Shown here: piece after piece, positions 30,449-43,183 of the stretch
Position numbering within the stretch: position 1 is the first letter of the stretch
Layout: every line of letters starts with the position of its first letter
IMG/VR virus record: IMGVR_UViG_3300025834_000173
Reading direction: 5' to 3' (one strand)
DNA from: a virus
DNA: 64,000 bases
Program-made: the position numbers and the translations under genes
The notes under the pieces: generated by a model
The model's input: only the letters and a program-made list of their open reading frames with translations
Database searches by the model: none
What the model was told of the DNA's origin: nothing

Positions 30449-32083
30449 TTACAAGTAGTTCTCTATCTGTTTAATTAACTGTTTATATACATCTTCATAT
30501 TGTCCAGTAAATTTACTACTGTGTTCTTCTCTGAAACATGCTAACTCTGCTATGTTCTGCATTTCAGGTGAATTCATATAAACCATGAAATAATATGACT
30601 TATCGTCTTTATAATTATTTCTATCTATACGTCCCATAACTTGATAAGTTATTTGAGGATTTGTTGGTATATCGTAAAATACCATAGCGTTTGAACCATA
30701 AATACTAACTGCTTTTTTGATGTTTGTTACTAACACATCATAATAACCATCTTTAAAGTCATCTAATATTTGAAGTCTGTCTTTCTCAGATACTGTAAAT
30801 TTATCTTCACTATTAGTTTCTTCATATTCTCCGTCTAACTGTCCACTTATTATTGCTACTCTTAAATTTAACTTCTTTAACTCTGTTGATATTGCTTTTT
30901 GAGCTTCTGTATTATAAACATATATTACAGGTCTCTCAGCATATATAGCTTGAACTAAATCTACTAATTCTGCTAACTTTGGAACTGTTGTAGTTGTTAT
31001 TTTATTTGCTTTATTTAATGTTGCTGGACTATTTAATATTTCTCTATAATTATGATGACTGTCACCCAACTCTTTATTCATCTTGCCTGTCATAGTTACT
31101 GGACATAATCTGTAAATCTTATCAGGTAAATTATCACTATAGTCTGCTTTTGTTCTTGCTATGTAGTGATATTTCAATTTCTGTCTTAATTCCTCTTGAT
31201 TTTTGTAATCAGATAATCTATAAGCTGTTTTTCTAACTCTCTGAGGTGTATATACACCACCAGTGTTTACATACTCTGTTACAAACCAACTATCTTGTCC
31301 CATTACTGTATATCTATCATAAACAAATTTCTTAGTAGGAATTATAGTTGGATTTAATATCGCAAACTGATTCCACATATCCATTATACTTGTTTCGAAT
31401 GGTGAAGCATTTAAAAATACTCCATTATCCATACTAGCTGCCATCTTATCAGCTACAGGATATAATTTAGTAGATGTACTTTTTAATGTGCTTGTTTCAT
31501 CCCATATTCCGTATCTCAGTGCCCATGCGTATTCCATATAAAATTCTAGAAATGAATTTACTTTTAGTGAATCCCAAGATGTTACTATTCCATCAACTGT
31601 TGGGTCTAATAAATTAAAATTCTTTAAATCCTTTGCTATCTTAGCTGAGCCTCCATAAAGAGGTATGAGGTTTATTCCGCATTGTCTGTATTCTCTTTCC
31701 ATACCTAGTGTATGGTTATTGTCTGTTACTACAAGTAACTTAGACATATTCATTAATTTTCCACCATTCTCCATATGTTTAAGTCTGTACTGAGCATATG
31801 AAGCTGCACTCATTATTGTCTTACCCAAACCAGGTTTATCTCCGATAAATGAGTATGGATTTAAAAAAGACAGTCCAACCGCAATAGTTTGCTTATCCAA
31901 TAATACTATATCATCACAATCTCTTTTAAACACTTCTGCCGAACGAGGTATAATATCTTTCAGTTTATATACCTTGTCCATCTGTAATAATTTATCTATA
32001 TACTTAATTTGCTGGTCTGTTAATGACCCTCTCAAATAAAAATTGTTATACAATTCAACTTCTCTTTTTCTTTTTGGTCTCAA
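30449..32083 (-). CDS. SNF2-like superfamily 2 helicase
   Basis: GDKPGLGKT, WDETS, LNASP, QVMGRIDR. Confidence 0.82.
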   Translation of the reverse strand: MRPKRKREVELYNNFYLRGSLTDQQIKYIDKLLQMDKVYKLKDIIPRSAEVFKRDCDDIVLLDKQTIAVGLSFLNPYSFIGDKPGLGKTIMSAASYAQYRLKHMENGGKLMNMSKLLVVTDNNHTLGMEREYRQCGINLIPLYGGSAKIAKDLKNFNLLDPTVDGIVTSWDSLKVNSFLEFYMEYAWALRYGIWDETSTLKSTSTKLYPVADKMAASMDNGVFLNASPFETSIMDMWNQFAILNPTIIPTKKFVYDRYTVMGQDSWFVTEYVNTGGVYTPQRVRKTAYRLSDYKNQEELRQKLKYHYIARTKADYSDNLPDKIYRLCPVTMTGKMNKELGDSHHNYREILNSPATLNKANKITTTTVPKLAELVDLVQAIYAERPVIYVYNTEAQKAISTELKKLNLRVAIISGQLDGEYEETNSEDKFTVSEKDRLQILDDFKDGYYDVLVTNIKKAVSIYGSNAMVFYDIPTNPQITYQVMGRIDRNNYKDDKSYYFMVYMNSPEMQNIAELACFREEHSSKFTGQYEDVYKQLIKQIENYL

Positions 32084-32194
32084 AACTTTAAATCCCCCTT
32101 AAAATAAAAAATGTGTATAATTTTATCAATCGTACAAAAAAGTACAACTAAATTCAAACTATACACACAAATACTAATTCGTAAACTTCTTTAG

Positions 32195-35170
32195 TTACGC
32201 CATATAATAATCGTCTTCTTCAAGTATTTCTAAGTTAGCGAGTGCATCTTTTATTTCAGGTGCTGTATAGTATTTCTTCAATTCATCCTTTTTCACTTTG
32301 TTGCTGTGAGGTCCTTCCCCTATTTCTAACACAAATTGACTTATAGGTTTCTTTTTAGTTCCCTTAGGAGTTTCTACAAACACTTTGTTTATTTCATCTT
32401 CTATGCTTAATTCAGGTACTATAACCTTTTCTTTTACAGGTTCTTTTTTATCTTCTATCTTCTTAACAGGCTTACTTCCTCCAAATCCCATCATAGGAGA
32501 TACTTTACTACTTCCTGTTTCTTGACTTTTCTTTATGTCTTCTACTATAGCACGTCTTCTTTCATATCTTCCGTCTATAACATTAACACGTTCACCTGTT
32601 CCTCTTATTTCTAATCCTTGTTCTGGCTCTACATTTTCATTATTTTTAACTACGTTTCCTTTTCTTATACTTACTAGTATATCCTTTTCATTACTGTTTG
32701 TGTTTTGTTTAAATACTTGATTACTTCCGTTACTTACCACTTTATTATTATTCTTTTGTGGTACTGTATCACCGTCAATTTCACCTATTGCAGATATAAC
32801 TCTGTCTCCGTCTATATCTTTTTCAAAATATTCTTTATTCATTAAATCATTTAATACTTCTTCTCTTCTAGGTGCTCTGTTATCTGTGTATTTAAATGAT
32901 ACCATAGTTCGTAAAGCTTCTTCATCTGTAAGTCTTGATTGCCACTCAAATGCTAGCATTCTTGTTAAGTTCAATATCTGTCTATCGTCCTTACCCCCTA
33001 TACCTAATGCTTTAATTGATACAGGTTGTTTACCAGTTTCTTCTGATGCAAATAATGACATACCTATTTTGTTCGGAGGACTTATTGTTGAGTTATACAT
33101 TTCAACTTTTTCTAAGTCCCTAATATCAAGTCTAAATGTCCACCTAACACTACACTCTGATACAATTGCTCTCGGTAATTCATTATCTGTTGTTCTCTGT
33201 GCTATGACTACTAATCTTATTCCACAAGAACGACCTTGCTTTGCTATTTCAACTAAACTACTTATAAACTCTTCTCTAGGTTCTTTTTTCTTACTTGCTA
33301 ATTCCAATCCTGCAAGTGTTGCTGCCATTTCCTCTATTACAACAAATAACCAAGGTAATTTGTGTAATGCTTCAGCATCATCTTTTACTGACTTTCGTAA
33401 ATCTTGCCATTTAGATACTCCAACTCTATCCATTATGTTCTTACGACGTTCTAGTTCTATTTTAACTTCTTTTATAACATCTATATAATGTTGTTCGTCA
33501 CTGTGTAATCCTATAACATGAGGTAATCTCGCCAATGTTTTGTACTGAACATCTTTCTTACGGTCCAGTATAATAAAGTTTACATCTCCAGGATGTGATT
33601 GTATTATTATATTAAATATTAAGTTATAAACAGCCCATGACTTACCAGAACCCGATGAACCTGCTATCATTATATTTGTATTATTACCAACATCAAATAT
33701 AAATGGAACTTCTTCGTTCTGTAGACCAACCATTATTGGTAAATCATACTTCTCTCTTAAATATTCATCAAAAGTTCCTTTATCTTTTTCTGTATCATAG
33801 TATCTTATAACGTCTCCCCAAGTTATTATTGTATTATCAACTTTCATTATTTTTAATATAATAGAGTCTGAATAAAATGATGCACTTATACTAACATCAT
33901 TGTCTGCTTCATGTGCTTTAAATATGTTCATTATAGTTATCATGTTTGACATTATGTCATTCTCTTTAATATTTATACCAGGTCCAGTGATTGAAAATTC
34001 TATTCTATAATATATCTGACTTTCTTTTACGGATTTAACGTTCATTTTATAATCTCCCGTAAATGTTAATTGAGGTTTTATTTTTCTCATTCCCTCCCAA
34101 GTCAAATATGATATATTTTTATAAAGTATGCTATCTTTTGAAATTGATTTCAAATCTGAGAAGTCAGGATTATTACAGAATACATATTCTCTCATTGAAT
34201 ATATTATGTCTTCTCTATCTGTAGAATCTTCATCTCTCAAACTAGATGAATTTTTATATGCTTTCAACAGTATCTTATTAAATTCTTTTTCAGATGAATC
34301 TGCATTTATTATCTTTTGAGGTATTGCTAATTTTTCAGAGTATTCTTTTCTACGTTTTTCTTCAGATAATTCTTTATCATCTACTACGTATTCTTCATCC
34401 TCACACTCTTCTTCTTCATCGTCATAGTATTCTCCCTCTTCTTCACATTCCTCTTCAGGAACTTCTTCATCTTCATCTATTTCTATTTTGTCTATTTCAC
34501 CAAGTAATTCGTCAGGGTCTGGCTCTTCTACAGTATTTTTAATTATATAAAATTTACTTACCCCTGCCATTATTATAGAAACTAAGAATAATGCTGACAT
34601 AGATGCTATGAATTTTAAATCATAAATTAACCAACCTATTAATGATACTAAAGAAGTTATTGCTGACACCAAAAACAGTTTATTAAAATAAACTGTTAAA
34701 TCAGGTTTGTTATCTGATGAACGTCTTTTAATAGATTCTGCTGTAAACCATACTAAATAATAAGGTGCCATTACTAAATTTTTAAAAAAGTCTTCTGTTT
34801 CAAACTTAGGAATTATTGGTTGAAGTCTAGCATCTTTCTTTATCCACCACCCATCTTCAAACCCATATTTTTCGTAGAATTCTCTTTTCCTTGCTTCTGA
34901 TTCTTCTCTTTCTTCAGGTTCTTCTGTTGTAGCTATATTCATTCCTTCTGTACTTGCCACATTACTTTCTTTCATATTCGAGGTATCAAGTACGTTATAT
35001 CCACTTGTGTCAGCTCCACCCATTTCAGCAAGCATTGCTTCCAGTTCTTCAACGTCTAAATCTTGTAAATCTTCTATACCGTTAATATCAGACACATCAG
35101 TCTTATTTAATACTTTTTCTAGAAACTGTTTTCTAATAGGTTTTGGTAATTCTCTAGTTAAATCTATCAC
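32195..35170 (-). CDS. Membrane-anchored FtsK/SpoIIIE-type ATPase, probable coupling protein (TcpA-like)
   Basis: Two to three TM helices, acidic linker, IAGSSGSGKS, VVIEE, GRSCGIRLVVIAQR. Confidence 0.75.
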   Translation of the reverse strand: MIDLTRELPKPIRKQFLEKVLNKTDVSDINGIEDLQDLDVEELEAMLAEMGGADTSGYNVLDTSNMKESNVASTEGMNIATTEEPEEREESEARKREFYEKYGFEDGWWIKKDARLQPIIPKFETEDFFKNLVMAPYYLVWFTAESIKRRSSDNKPDLTVYFNKLFLVSAITSLVSLIGWLIYDLKFIASMSALFLVSIIMAGVSKFYIIKNTVEEPDPDELLGEIDKIEIDEDEEVPEEECEEEGEYYDDEEEECEDEEYVVDDKELSEEKRRKEYSEKLAIPQKIINADSSEKEFNKILLKAYKNSSSLRDEDSTDREDIIYSMREYVFCNNPDFSDLKSISKDSILYKNISYLTWEGMRKIKPQLTFTGDYKMNVKSVKESQIYYRIEFSITGPGINIKENDIMSNMITIMNIFKAHEADNDVSISASFYSDSIILKIMKVDNTIITWGDVIRYYDTEKDKGTFDEYLREKYDLPIMVGLQNEEVPFIFDVGNNTNIMIAGSSGSGKSWAVYNLIFNIIIQSHPGDVNFIILDRKKDVQYKTLARLPHVIGLHSDEQHYIDVIKEVKIELERRKNIMDRVGVSKWQDLRKSVKDDAEALHKLPWLFVVIEEMAATLAGLELASKKKEPREEFISSLVEIAKQGRSCGIRLVVIAQRTTDNELPRAIVSECSVRWTFRLDIRDLEKVEMYNSTISPPNKIGMSLFASEETGKQPVSIKALGIGGKDDRQILNLTRMLAFEWQSRLTDEEALRTMVSFKYTDNRAPRREEVLNDLMNKEYFEKDIDGDRVISAIGEIDGDTVPQKNNNKVVSNGSNQVFKQNTNSNEKDILVSIRKGNVVKNNENVEPEQGLEIRGTGERVNVIDGRYERRRAIVEDIKKSQETGSSKVSPMMGFGGSKPVKKIEDKKEPVKEKVIVPELSIEDEINKVFVETPKGTKKKPISQFVLEIGEGPHSNKVKKDELKKYYTAPEIKDALANLEILEEDDYYMA

Positions 35171-35369
35171 TTACCTTTACCCCCTTTCTGTCAATTTATA
35201 ATCCCGTAAATATTAATATTATTGCTTTCAATATTATTCTAACATTTAATATGGCCAGAATAAACAATATACTAACTAAAGACCTAGTTAATATTACTTT
35301 TGGAAAGTCTTCTTTAAATGCTAAAGCATATGATAATGATAACATAAATATTGTTACAACTATTATCAA

Positions 35370-37382
35370 TTATTCTTCACCGTCCTTTTCTTCTAGGTCC
35401 TCAACTATATCCTTTGTCTTTATTTTACTTTTTATTCCTTCTTCCTTTATTAACCTCTTTAATTCTTCTTTCTTAGCTTTATCTCTTTTCTCAAATTCTG
35501 CAAAGAATTTCTCTATTCCTTTGTTTATTTTTATATATATTTTTTTTGCCACACTATTTTTCTTATTGTATACTTTTTCATCAAATTTAATATCTATGAA
35601 TGAATCATCTGTAGGAGATATCAATATATTATTGTATCCAAGTTTTTCTTGTCTTTTCTTATTCTTAACTACATCATAAATATCTGTTTCTGTACTTTTT
35701 ATAAACATTCTATCTTCACAAGCGTAGTCTAAAGCAATTATATAATCATATTCCTTGCTTATGTCCTCTATTAATTTTACTGCTTTTATATCTATTTCCT
35801 TAATTAATATTTTATCCTTAGGATTTTCCAATGTTCCCCAGTCTGAATAATCCTCTCTCTCAATAGGTCGTAAATCCTTTATTAAGATAATTAACACTTT
35901 ACTTTTTGATTTTAACTTAGAGTAAAGTGCTGATATAATTGTATTAAAATATAATAACTCATCTATCATATTAAAATATATGATTTTAGTTTCAACTGTA
36001 GTCAAATAATTTACAAGTTTACTTGGCTCTCTAGCATTAGACACTAAAATTAGTTTATCATATTCTTCCTTTATTTCAGCTATATCTTTTTCGTAGTTCC
36101 CTATTAATTCTGTGTATCCATTTATCTTCTCTGTATAATCGTTTATTATCTCATCTATCTTATTTTCGTTTTCTTTCTCATAACTAATTAGTCTTCTATA
36201 ATCTCCGATTATTCTGTCATATTCAACTTTAGTTTCTTTCAAGTATGCATTAGCTTCTCTTGTTTCATTTATTTCTTTCTTTATCTCCTGCATCTTATCT
36301 CGTAAATCTTTATTCTTTTCTAACTCATCGTTATAATTAGTTATCGTTGTTTTAAGTCTATTATTTAAACTATCTATATTTTTTAATTTTAACTGTATTT
36401 CTTCTTCTAAGCTGTTTATTTGTCTTTCGTATTTAGTTTTTAATTCATTTCTTACAGCTTCTAATATTGCTTCTCCATTTTCCTTTTCCTGCTGTAGTTC
36501 TTCCTCTGTTTTATTTTTTGCTAATGCTAAATCTTTATTTTCTACAGTTTCATGCACTTCAACAGTTTCTTCAATAACTTTTTCTACATTTTCTTCTTGG
36601 ATTTCTCCTGTAACTTCTCCTGTAACTTCTCCTGTATTTTCCTTTTCATCTGAACTTGAATCATCACCGTTTTTATCTATCTCTATTATTTTTTCTCCAG
36701 AATTTGTTTCACTATCATCACTTATATTTCTAAGTACAGTATATTTTTCATTTTGTATAAGTTTACTAATTTTATCGGTGTATTCATGTAATTTGAATAC
36801 ACCTTCTGTTATATTTAATATTCCCATCAAATCTATAAACGTAAACTTCAGTTCTGCCTCTAGTAAACTTTTATGCAATTCCCTTGTAATTTCCACAAGT
36901 TCTGTGCTTATATTTTCTGTTATTACAAAGTTTAATGGTTTTTCAACTAGTGATTCATCAGACAATATTTCGTCTAAATCATCACTACCTGTAACATATC
37001 CAAATTCTACTTTTTCTACACTTAATTTTTCAGTGAACGATTGTAATTCATCTAAATCATTTGTTATTACGTAAACCATTACTTTTTCTAAGGATTTAGG
37101 GTTTTTCTTATATCTTATGTAATCACCTATTTCTAATGCCCCATCAGTTGATATGCTCAATCTTCCCACATCATCTTTATCTATTATTATACCTGTATCC
37201 ACAAGATATTCAAAAGGTATGCCTTCAGCAAGTGCCATATTTGCTCTATCTATTTTATTATTAGCAGGAGGTAATGACGTTAATTTAGAATCACATCTTC
37301 TTATATCGTTTTCATCTAATTCTAAGAATCTCCCTAATATTAACTTTCTTCCATTCCTATTTATAATATCCAATGCGTTCAC
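35370..37382 (-). CDS. Large coiled-coil protein
   Basis: Open 670-aa frame, GTG start, long heptad region, short TGEV repeats. Confidence 0.7.
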   Translation of the reverse strand: MNALDIINRNGRKLILGRFLELDENDIRRCDSKLTSLPPANNKIDRANMALAEGIPFEYLVDTGIIIDKDDVGRLSISTDGALEIGDYIRYKKNPKSLEKVMVYVITNDLDELQSFTEKLSVEKVEFGYVTGSDDLDEILSDESLVEKPLNFVITENISTELVEITRELHKSLLEAELKFTFIDLMGILNITEGVFKLHEYTDKISKLIQNEKYTVLRNISDDSETNSGEKIIEIDKNGDDSSSDEKENTGEVTGEVTGEIQEENVEKVIEETVEVHETVENKDLALAKNKTEEELQQEKENGEAILEAVRNELKTKYERQINSLEEEIQLKLKNIDSLNNRLKTTITNYNDELEKNKDLRDKMQEIKKEINETREANAYLKETKVEYDRIIGDYRRLISYEKENENKIDEIINDYTEKINGYTELIGNYEKDIAEIKEEYDKLILVSNAREPSKLVNYLTTVETKIIYFNMIDELLYFNTIISALYSKLKSKSKVLIILIKDLRPIEREDYSDWGTLENPKDKILIKEIDIKAVKLIEDISKEYDYIIALDYACEDRMFIKSTETDIYDVVKNKKRQEKLGYNNILISPTDDSFIDIKFDEKVYNKKNSVAKKIYIKINKGIEKFFAEFEKRDKAKKEELKRLIKEEGIKSKIKTKDIVEDLEEKDGEE

Positions 37383-37394
37383 CTCTGTTTAACT

Positions 37395-37772
37395 TTAGCT
37401 TTTCGTAAATACGTACCCCATTGTTCTAAGTATTTCGTCTGCTATGTCGTGTTTCTTTTCTTTAATTATTTTTTCTCTCATTTCAAATAATTCCTTATCT
37501 TTGAAACTATCTAAAAATTTATCTACTTGTTTCTTATGACTGTTTATATCATTTAAATATGCCTGTATTGTTCCTTCTCCTGCACCGTCCCAATCGTAAT
37601 AATATTTCCAATATTCTGAAAATGATACTACACTAGAATTATCTATTATAAATCTTTTTATTGATTTTAATGTTTTTTCTTCATTGTAACTTATTACAAC
37701 ATCGTAAATCCTACCACATTTTTGACATTCTTCAGTATTAACCATATTCCCACATTCACATTCTCTAAACAT
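37395..37772 (-). CDS. Hypothetical protein with N-terminal zinc ribbon
   Basis: CECG...CQKCG. Confidence 0.65.
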   Translation of the reverse strand: MFRECECGNMVNTEECQKCGRIYDVVISYNEEKTLKSIKRFIIDNSSVVSFSEYWKYYYDWDGAGEGTIQAYLNDINSHKKQVDKFLDSFKDKELFEMREKIIKEKKHDIADEILRTMGYVFTKS

Positions 37773-37818
37773 ATCATGCTCTCCTTAGAATTTTATTGTG
37801 TCCCCCAACACTTTTATT

Positions 37819-39291
<1,473 letters not shown>

Positions 39292-39385
39292 ATCAGTTCT
39301 CCTTTAAAATTAGTTATTATTTTGCTAAATAAAAATACAAATATCATTACAAACTTGTAAATTAATTTAGTACAGTTTTGTACAA

Positions 39386-39880
39386 CTATAATACTATCTG
39401 AAAGTCTGTTAATTTACCGTTTGAAAATACAAACTTGTTTAATTTACCTACTTCAAACACATCACTACCACTTTCTATTACTCCTTCAGGTGCCCTTAAT
39501 GACATACTATATGCCACATATACGTTTACTATTACTTTTCCTTCTTCATCTTGTGTTTGATTTACTATCGTTTCAATTACTTCATAACCTACTTTTTCGT
39601 ACCCTTCTATTAGAAATGTACTTGCTGTATAAGACACACTTAAATCAAAACTGTTATCATAAACCTTATCTGTCATATTCCCTTTTAAATTATCGAATTC
39701 GAACTTTAATTGTTCGAAGTCATTGTTATTACCTATTTGAGTATTTATCTCATTTGCCATATTTATATATTCATCTGTACTAACTTCTGCTTCTTCTTTA
39801 TCTCCATTTTCTGTTGTACCATTACACCCAGTAATTGTTAACATCAATGTCAATATTAATAATATTATTTTCTTATTCAT
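39386..39880 (-). CDS. Lipoprotein
   Basis: MNKK + hydrophobic stretch + ITGC lipobox. Confidence 0.75.
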   Translation of the reverse strand: MNKKIILLILTLMLTITGCNGTTENGDKEEAEVSTDEYINMANEINTQIGNNNDFEQLKFEFDNLKGNMTDKVYDNSFDLSVSYTASTFLIEGYEKVGYEVIETIVNQTQDEEGKVIVNVYVAYSMSLRAPEGVIESGSDVFEVGKLNKFVFSNGKLTDFQIVL

Positions 39881-39901
39881 TTGTTCCCTCTCTATGTTAT
39901 T

Positions 39902-40966
39902 TTAGTTTCCGTAATAAATGTATTTCTCAGGATTTAATGTTTGTCCACTCTGACTTTTTGACCTTATTTCAAAGTGCAAATGAGGTCCAGTTGATGCTCC
40001 AGTATTTCCTGCTATTGCAATAACATCATTGTTTCCTACACTATCTCCAACATCTACGTTTATTCTGTATAGATGCATGTAAATTGTATATATTTTAAAA
40101 TCTTCTACGTTATGCTCTATAACTACATATTGTCCTTTACTTGCCTCTCCTTCAAGTTTTCTATTTCCTCCAACACCTATACTTGAAGGTGGATTTGACC
40201 ATCTAACTACTTTAACTACTGTTCCAGGTAATGCTGAATATACATCTGTTCCAGGAGATGTTCTCTGTACTCCAAAGTCTACACCATTATGAAAGTTCAT
40301 TCCCAAATCTTTGACATACCTTAAACCATATTTAGATGTCATACTTGTTGATTCTTTTATTGGCATATTTACTTTGTACTTACCATCTATATAAGGTATT
40401 GTACCTGTCCCATTTGATATATTAGCACTAGCTGTATAATCTTCTGAATATTCTCCAGTTGTTTCACCTATTGCTGTCAATACTGCCATCATCATAAATA
40501 CTGTGATTATTCCTACAATTAATGTGAATACTAAATGTGTAGCCATAAATACTATTGCAACTTTAATTGCTGTTGATGTATTTATTACAGCTAAAGCTGT
40601 ATTTTTTGCTTTCTTTTGTTTCTCTTTCTTTCTTTTACCCCTATCCCTTTTTTCTTCTTTCTTAGTTTTACCCTGTTTATTTTTATTTTCTTTTTCTGTA
40701 TCACTTTTTTTATTTTTATCTTTCTTCTTACCTATCTTTTTATTTGAAGTTGTAAATTCTTTCTTATCTTTGTCTGTTTTTTTATCATTCAGAATATTTC
40801 CGTATTTATCTTTTTCAACATAAGTTTCATTACCGTCAGCACCTGTAGTCCATTGTCTACTAGTTATTCTATTTCCACAATCATCATATTTTGCATTGTC
40901 TTTATTTATGTTTCTAAGCTTATCCTCACGCTCTTTGTTTATATGCTCATTTTCCATGTTGTCCAT
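39902..40966 (-). CDS. Membrane-anchored M23 peptidase (conjugation-associated hydrolase)
   Basis: Lys-rich N-terminus, TM helix, HNGVD, YMHL, STGPHLHFEI. Confidence 0.88.
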   Translation of the reverse strand: MDNMENEHINKEREDKLRNINKDNAKYDDCGNRITSRQWTTGADGNETYVEKDKYGNILNDKKTDKDKKEFTTSNKKIGKKKDKNKKSDTEKENKNKQGKTKKEEKRDRGKRKKEKQKKAKNTALAVINTSTAIKVAIVFMATHLVFTLIVGIITVFMMMAVLTAIGETTGEYSEDYTASANISNGTGTIPYIDGKYKVNMPIKESTSMTSKYGLRYVKDLGMNFHNGVDFGVQRTSPGTDVYSALPGTVVKVVRWSNPPSSIGVGGNRKLEGEASKGQYVVIEHNVEDFKIYTIYMHLYRINVDVGDSVGNNDVIAIAGNTGASTGPHLHFEIRSKSQSGQTLNPEKYIYYGN

Positions 40967-40993
40967 ATGTCCACAACCTTTACTTTAATCATT

Positions 40994-43108
40994 TTACTCT
41001 TCATCTTCTTGGTCTTTTCTTGTTACATACAGAGGTGAATCCCATAAATCTACAGGAATTTCAAACTTAACTATGTTATACTCATTCTTGTAATTTAATA
41101 AGAAACAATGTTTAAATGAGTCATCTGTATTTATTAATCTCATTTCATCTGCACATACTTGAAGTTGTGGAACACATTTAATAATCTTTTCTGTTATTTC
41201 ATTAGGATATCTTCCTACTATATACCCCTTAATATTTGACTTAATAGCTTTTGTATGAGCTGACAATTCTGATGTATCATCTTCTGCTATGTCTAATATC
41301 TGCAATGGTGAGTTTGTAATTAAGAATACTATCATACCTCTCTTACGTCCACCAGATACTATATCATTGATTATTTTTCCAGAAGCTTCGTTATTTAAGT
41401 AACGTTGTAACTCTTCCCAAGCAACATATGTTAATTTGTTTAATACTGTTTTATTATAATTACAAATCAATATTGTTATATATCCAACGAATAACTGTCT
41501 TAATGCTAATGAACGAGCATCTATAGTATTTTCTGTCTTACCTCTCATACCGAATGAGAATACTATATTTTTATGACCTAACAAGTCATTTATAGATATT
41601 CTGTTCTTAAATATTCCTGAGTAAATGTTACCATCAAAGTATAGTCTTAATTTAATTATGAATTCTTCTATGTTATCTCTTATGTGTTCATACTCTTCTT
41701 CATCTTTCATTATTGTAAGTTCTCTGTATAAATCTTCATATGAACAACCCTTAGAATTTTTCCAAGTTTCAGGGTCATCTGTTACCCCTCTACTAGCGTA
41801 AACTCGTAAAATCATATCATTAAACAGTGATACTTCGAAATGATTCATACCATTTTTATAATCAGTTAACACATCAAATACTAACTTTGTTGTACTTATA
41901 GCTTCTGATTTTAATGCTTCGTCTATTAATTCATTTCCTGTTAAATCACCTATTTCAGTAGTATCAAAATAATATGAACTACCGTCACTCATACTAACAA
42001 ACTGAGCATCATGTTCTTGTCCTATTGCTGTGTATTCATCACCTTCATAGTCAACTATTATTGTACATAAATTTTCTATTTCAAGATGTGTTAATAATGT
42101 TTTACTTGCGCCGGACTTTCCTTCACCTGTTGATGCTGTTAATAAGAATACTACAGCATCTGAACCAGACTTCACATCATATGTTATAGGTAAATTTGTT
42201 ATAACATCTGTTCCCATGTATAGACCATTTGTATCTCCTGATAATCCTGCTTGTGTATCTGCGAACCGACTTATTATTCTATCTGATAATATCATACCTT
42301 TACTTCTTTTCTTTAACATATTGTTTTCGTTTCTTCCTGCTACAGAAAATGCTTTGTAGTACTCGTTTGTCTGAATAAATATTGTTCCGGTTTTTACCCC
42401 ATTATTTTCCATATAATTTTTGAATATTCCTTCAGCTTTCTGTAAATCTAATATGTTACTTGCAACAAGTTCAACTGTTAAAAAAAACCTACAGAAGTTA
42501 TCTCTGTCCTTCTCTGTGTCATTTACCCATTGCCAAGACTTAATCATACGTTTGTTTCTATCAAAATATTCTTCACCTTTGTTTCCGTTAAATAACTCTT
42601 CTAAGGAGTCTCTATTAGATTCTTCTTCTAAATATGCATCAGTTCTTTGTTTCCATATGTTTATTCTTCTTTTTACTGCATATGAGTTTCTATCAAAGTA
42701 ATAAGGCTCTGCACGTTCTATTACTGTTATTTCGCATAAACCCTTTAATTCAAACTTTAAATCTTTTACAAAGTCTTGGCTAACTCCTCCAGGAAATTCG
42801 TCTATAAAGAAAACTTTTTTAACTTTGTCTTTCGTAAATATCTTATTAGTTGAGTAGTAAAAATATCCTTCAGGAATTACTACTTCTGGTTTAGGATTGT
42901 TTAAGTTACCTTTACTAATAAGAGCAAACAACAGCTCTATATAGAACTCAAATATACCTAACTTTTTATTATTTCTTTTATGATTATCTCTTATCTCATC
43001 TATCTCATTTATTTCTTTTGATTTCTTCTTATTTTTTCTTATTATATCTATTTCGCTATCTAATTTCTCTTTCTTAGGTTCTTTGTCTTTCTTTTTTAAT
43101 AAACCCAT
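40994..43108 (-). CDS. VirB4/TcpF-like conjugative ATPase
   Basis: TASTGEGKS, IIVDYEGDEY, WEELQRY, GRKRG; lies in the T4SS-like cluster. Confidence 0.78.
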   Translation of the reverse strand: MGLLKKKDKEPKKEKLDSEIDIIRKNKKKSKEINEIDEIRDNHKRNNKKLGIFEFYIELLFALISKGNLNNPKPEVVIPEGYFYYSTNKIFTKDKVKKVFFIDEFPGGVSQDFVKDLKFELKGLCEITVIERAEPYYFDRNSYAVKRRINIWKQRTDAYLEEESNRDSLEELFNGNKGEEYFDRNKRMIKSWQWVNDTEKDRDNFCRFFLTVELVASNILDLQKAEGIFKNYMENNGVKTGTIFIQTNEYYKAFSVAGRNENNMLKKRSKGMILSDRIISRFADTQAGLSGDTNGLYMGTDVITNLPITYDVKSGSDAVVFLLTASTGEGKSGASKTLLTHLEIENLCTIIVDYEGDEYTAIGQEHDAQFVSMSDGSSYYFDTTEIGDLTGNELIDEALKSEAISTTKLVFDVLTDYKNGMNHFEVSLFNDMILRVYASRGVTDDPETWKNSKGCSYEDLYRELTIMKDEEEYEHIRDNIEEFIIKLRLYFDGNIYSGIFKNRISINDLLGHKNIVFSFGMRGKTENTIDARSLALRQLFVGYITILICNYNKTVLNKLTYVAWEELQRYLNNEASGKIINDIVSGGRKRGMIVFLITNSPLQILDIAEDDTSELSAHTKAIKSNIKGYIVGRYPNEITEKIIKCVPQLQVCADEMRLINTDDSFKHCFLLNYKNEYNIVKFEIPVDLWDSPLYVTRKDQEDEE

Positions 43109-43134
43109 AATTTTCCCCTGTCTTTATTTTAATT

Positions 43135-43174
43135 TGATATAATAGACTTCTAATTAAAGAAGTCTATTATATCA
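43135..43174. other. Perfect 16-bp inverted repeat (hairpin/cruciform)
   Basis: TGATATAATAGACTTC-TAATTAAA-GAAGTCTATTATATCA; no U-tract in the direction of transcription. Confidence 0.85.
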
Positions 43175-43183
43175 TTTCGTAAA

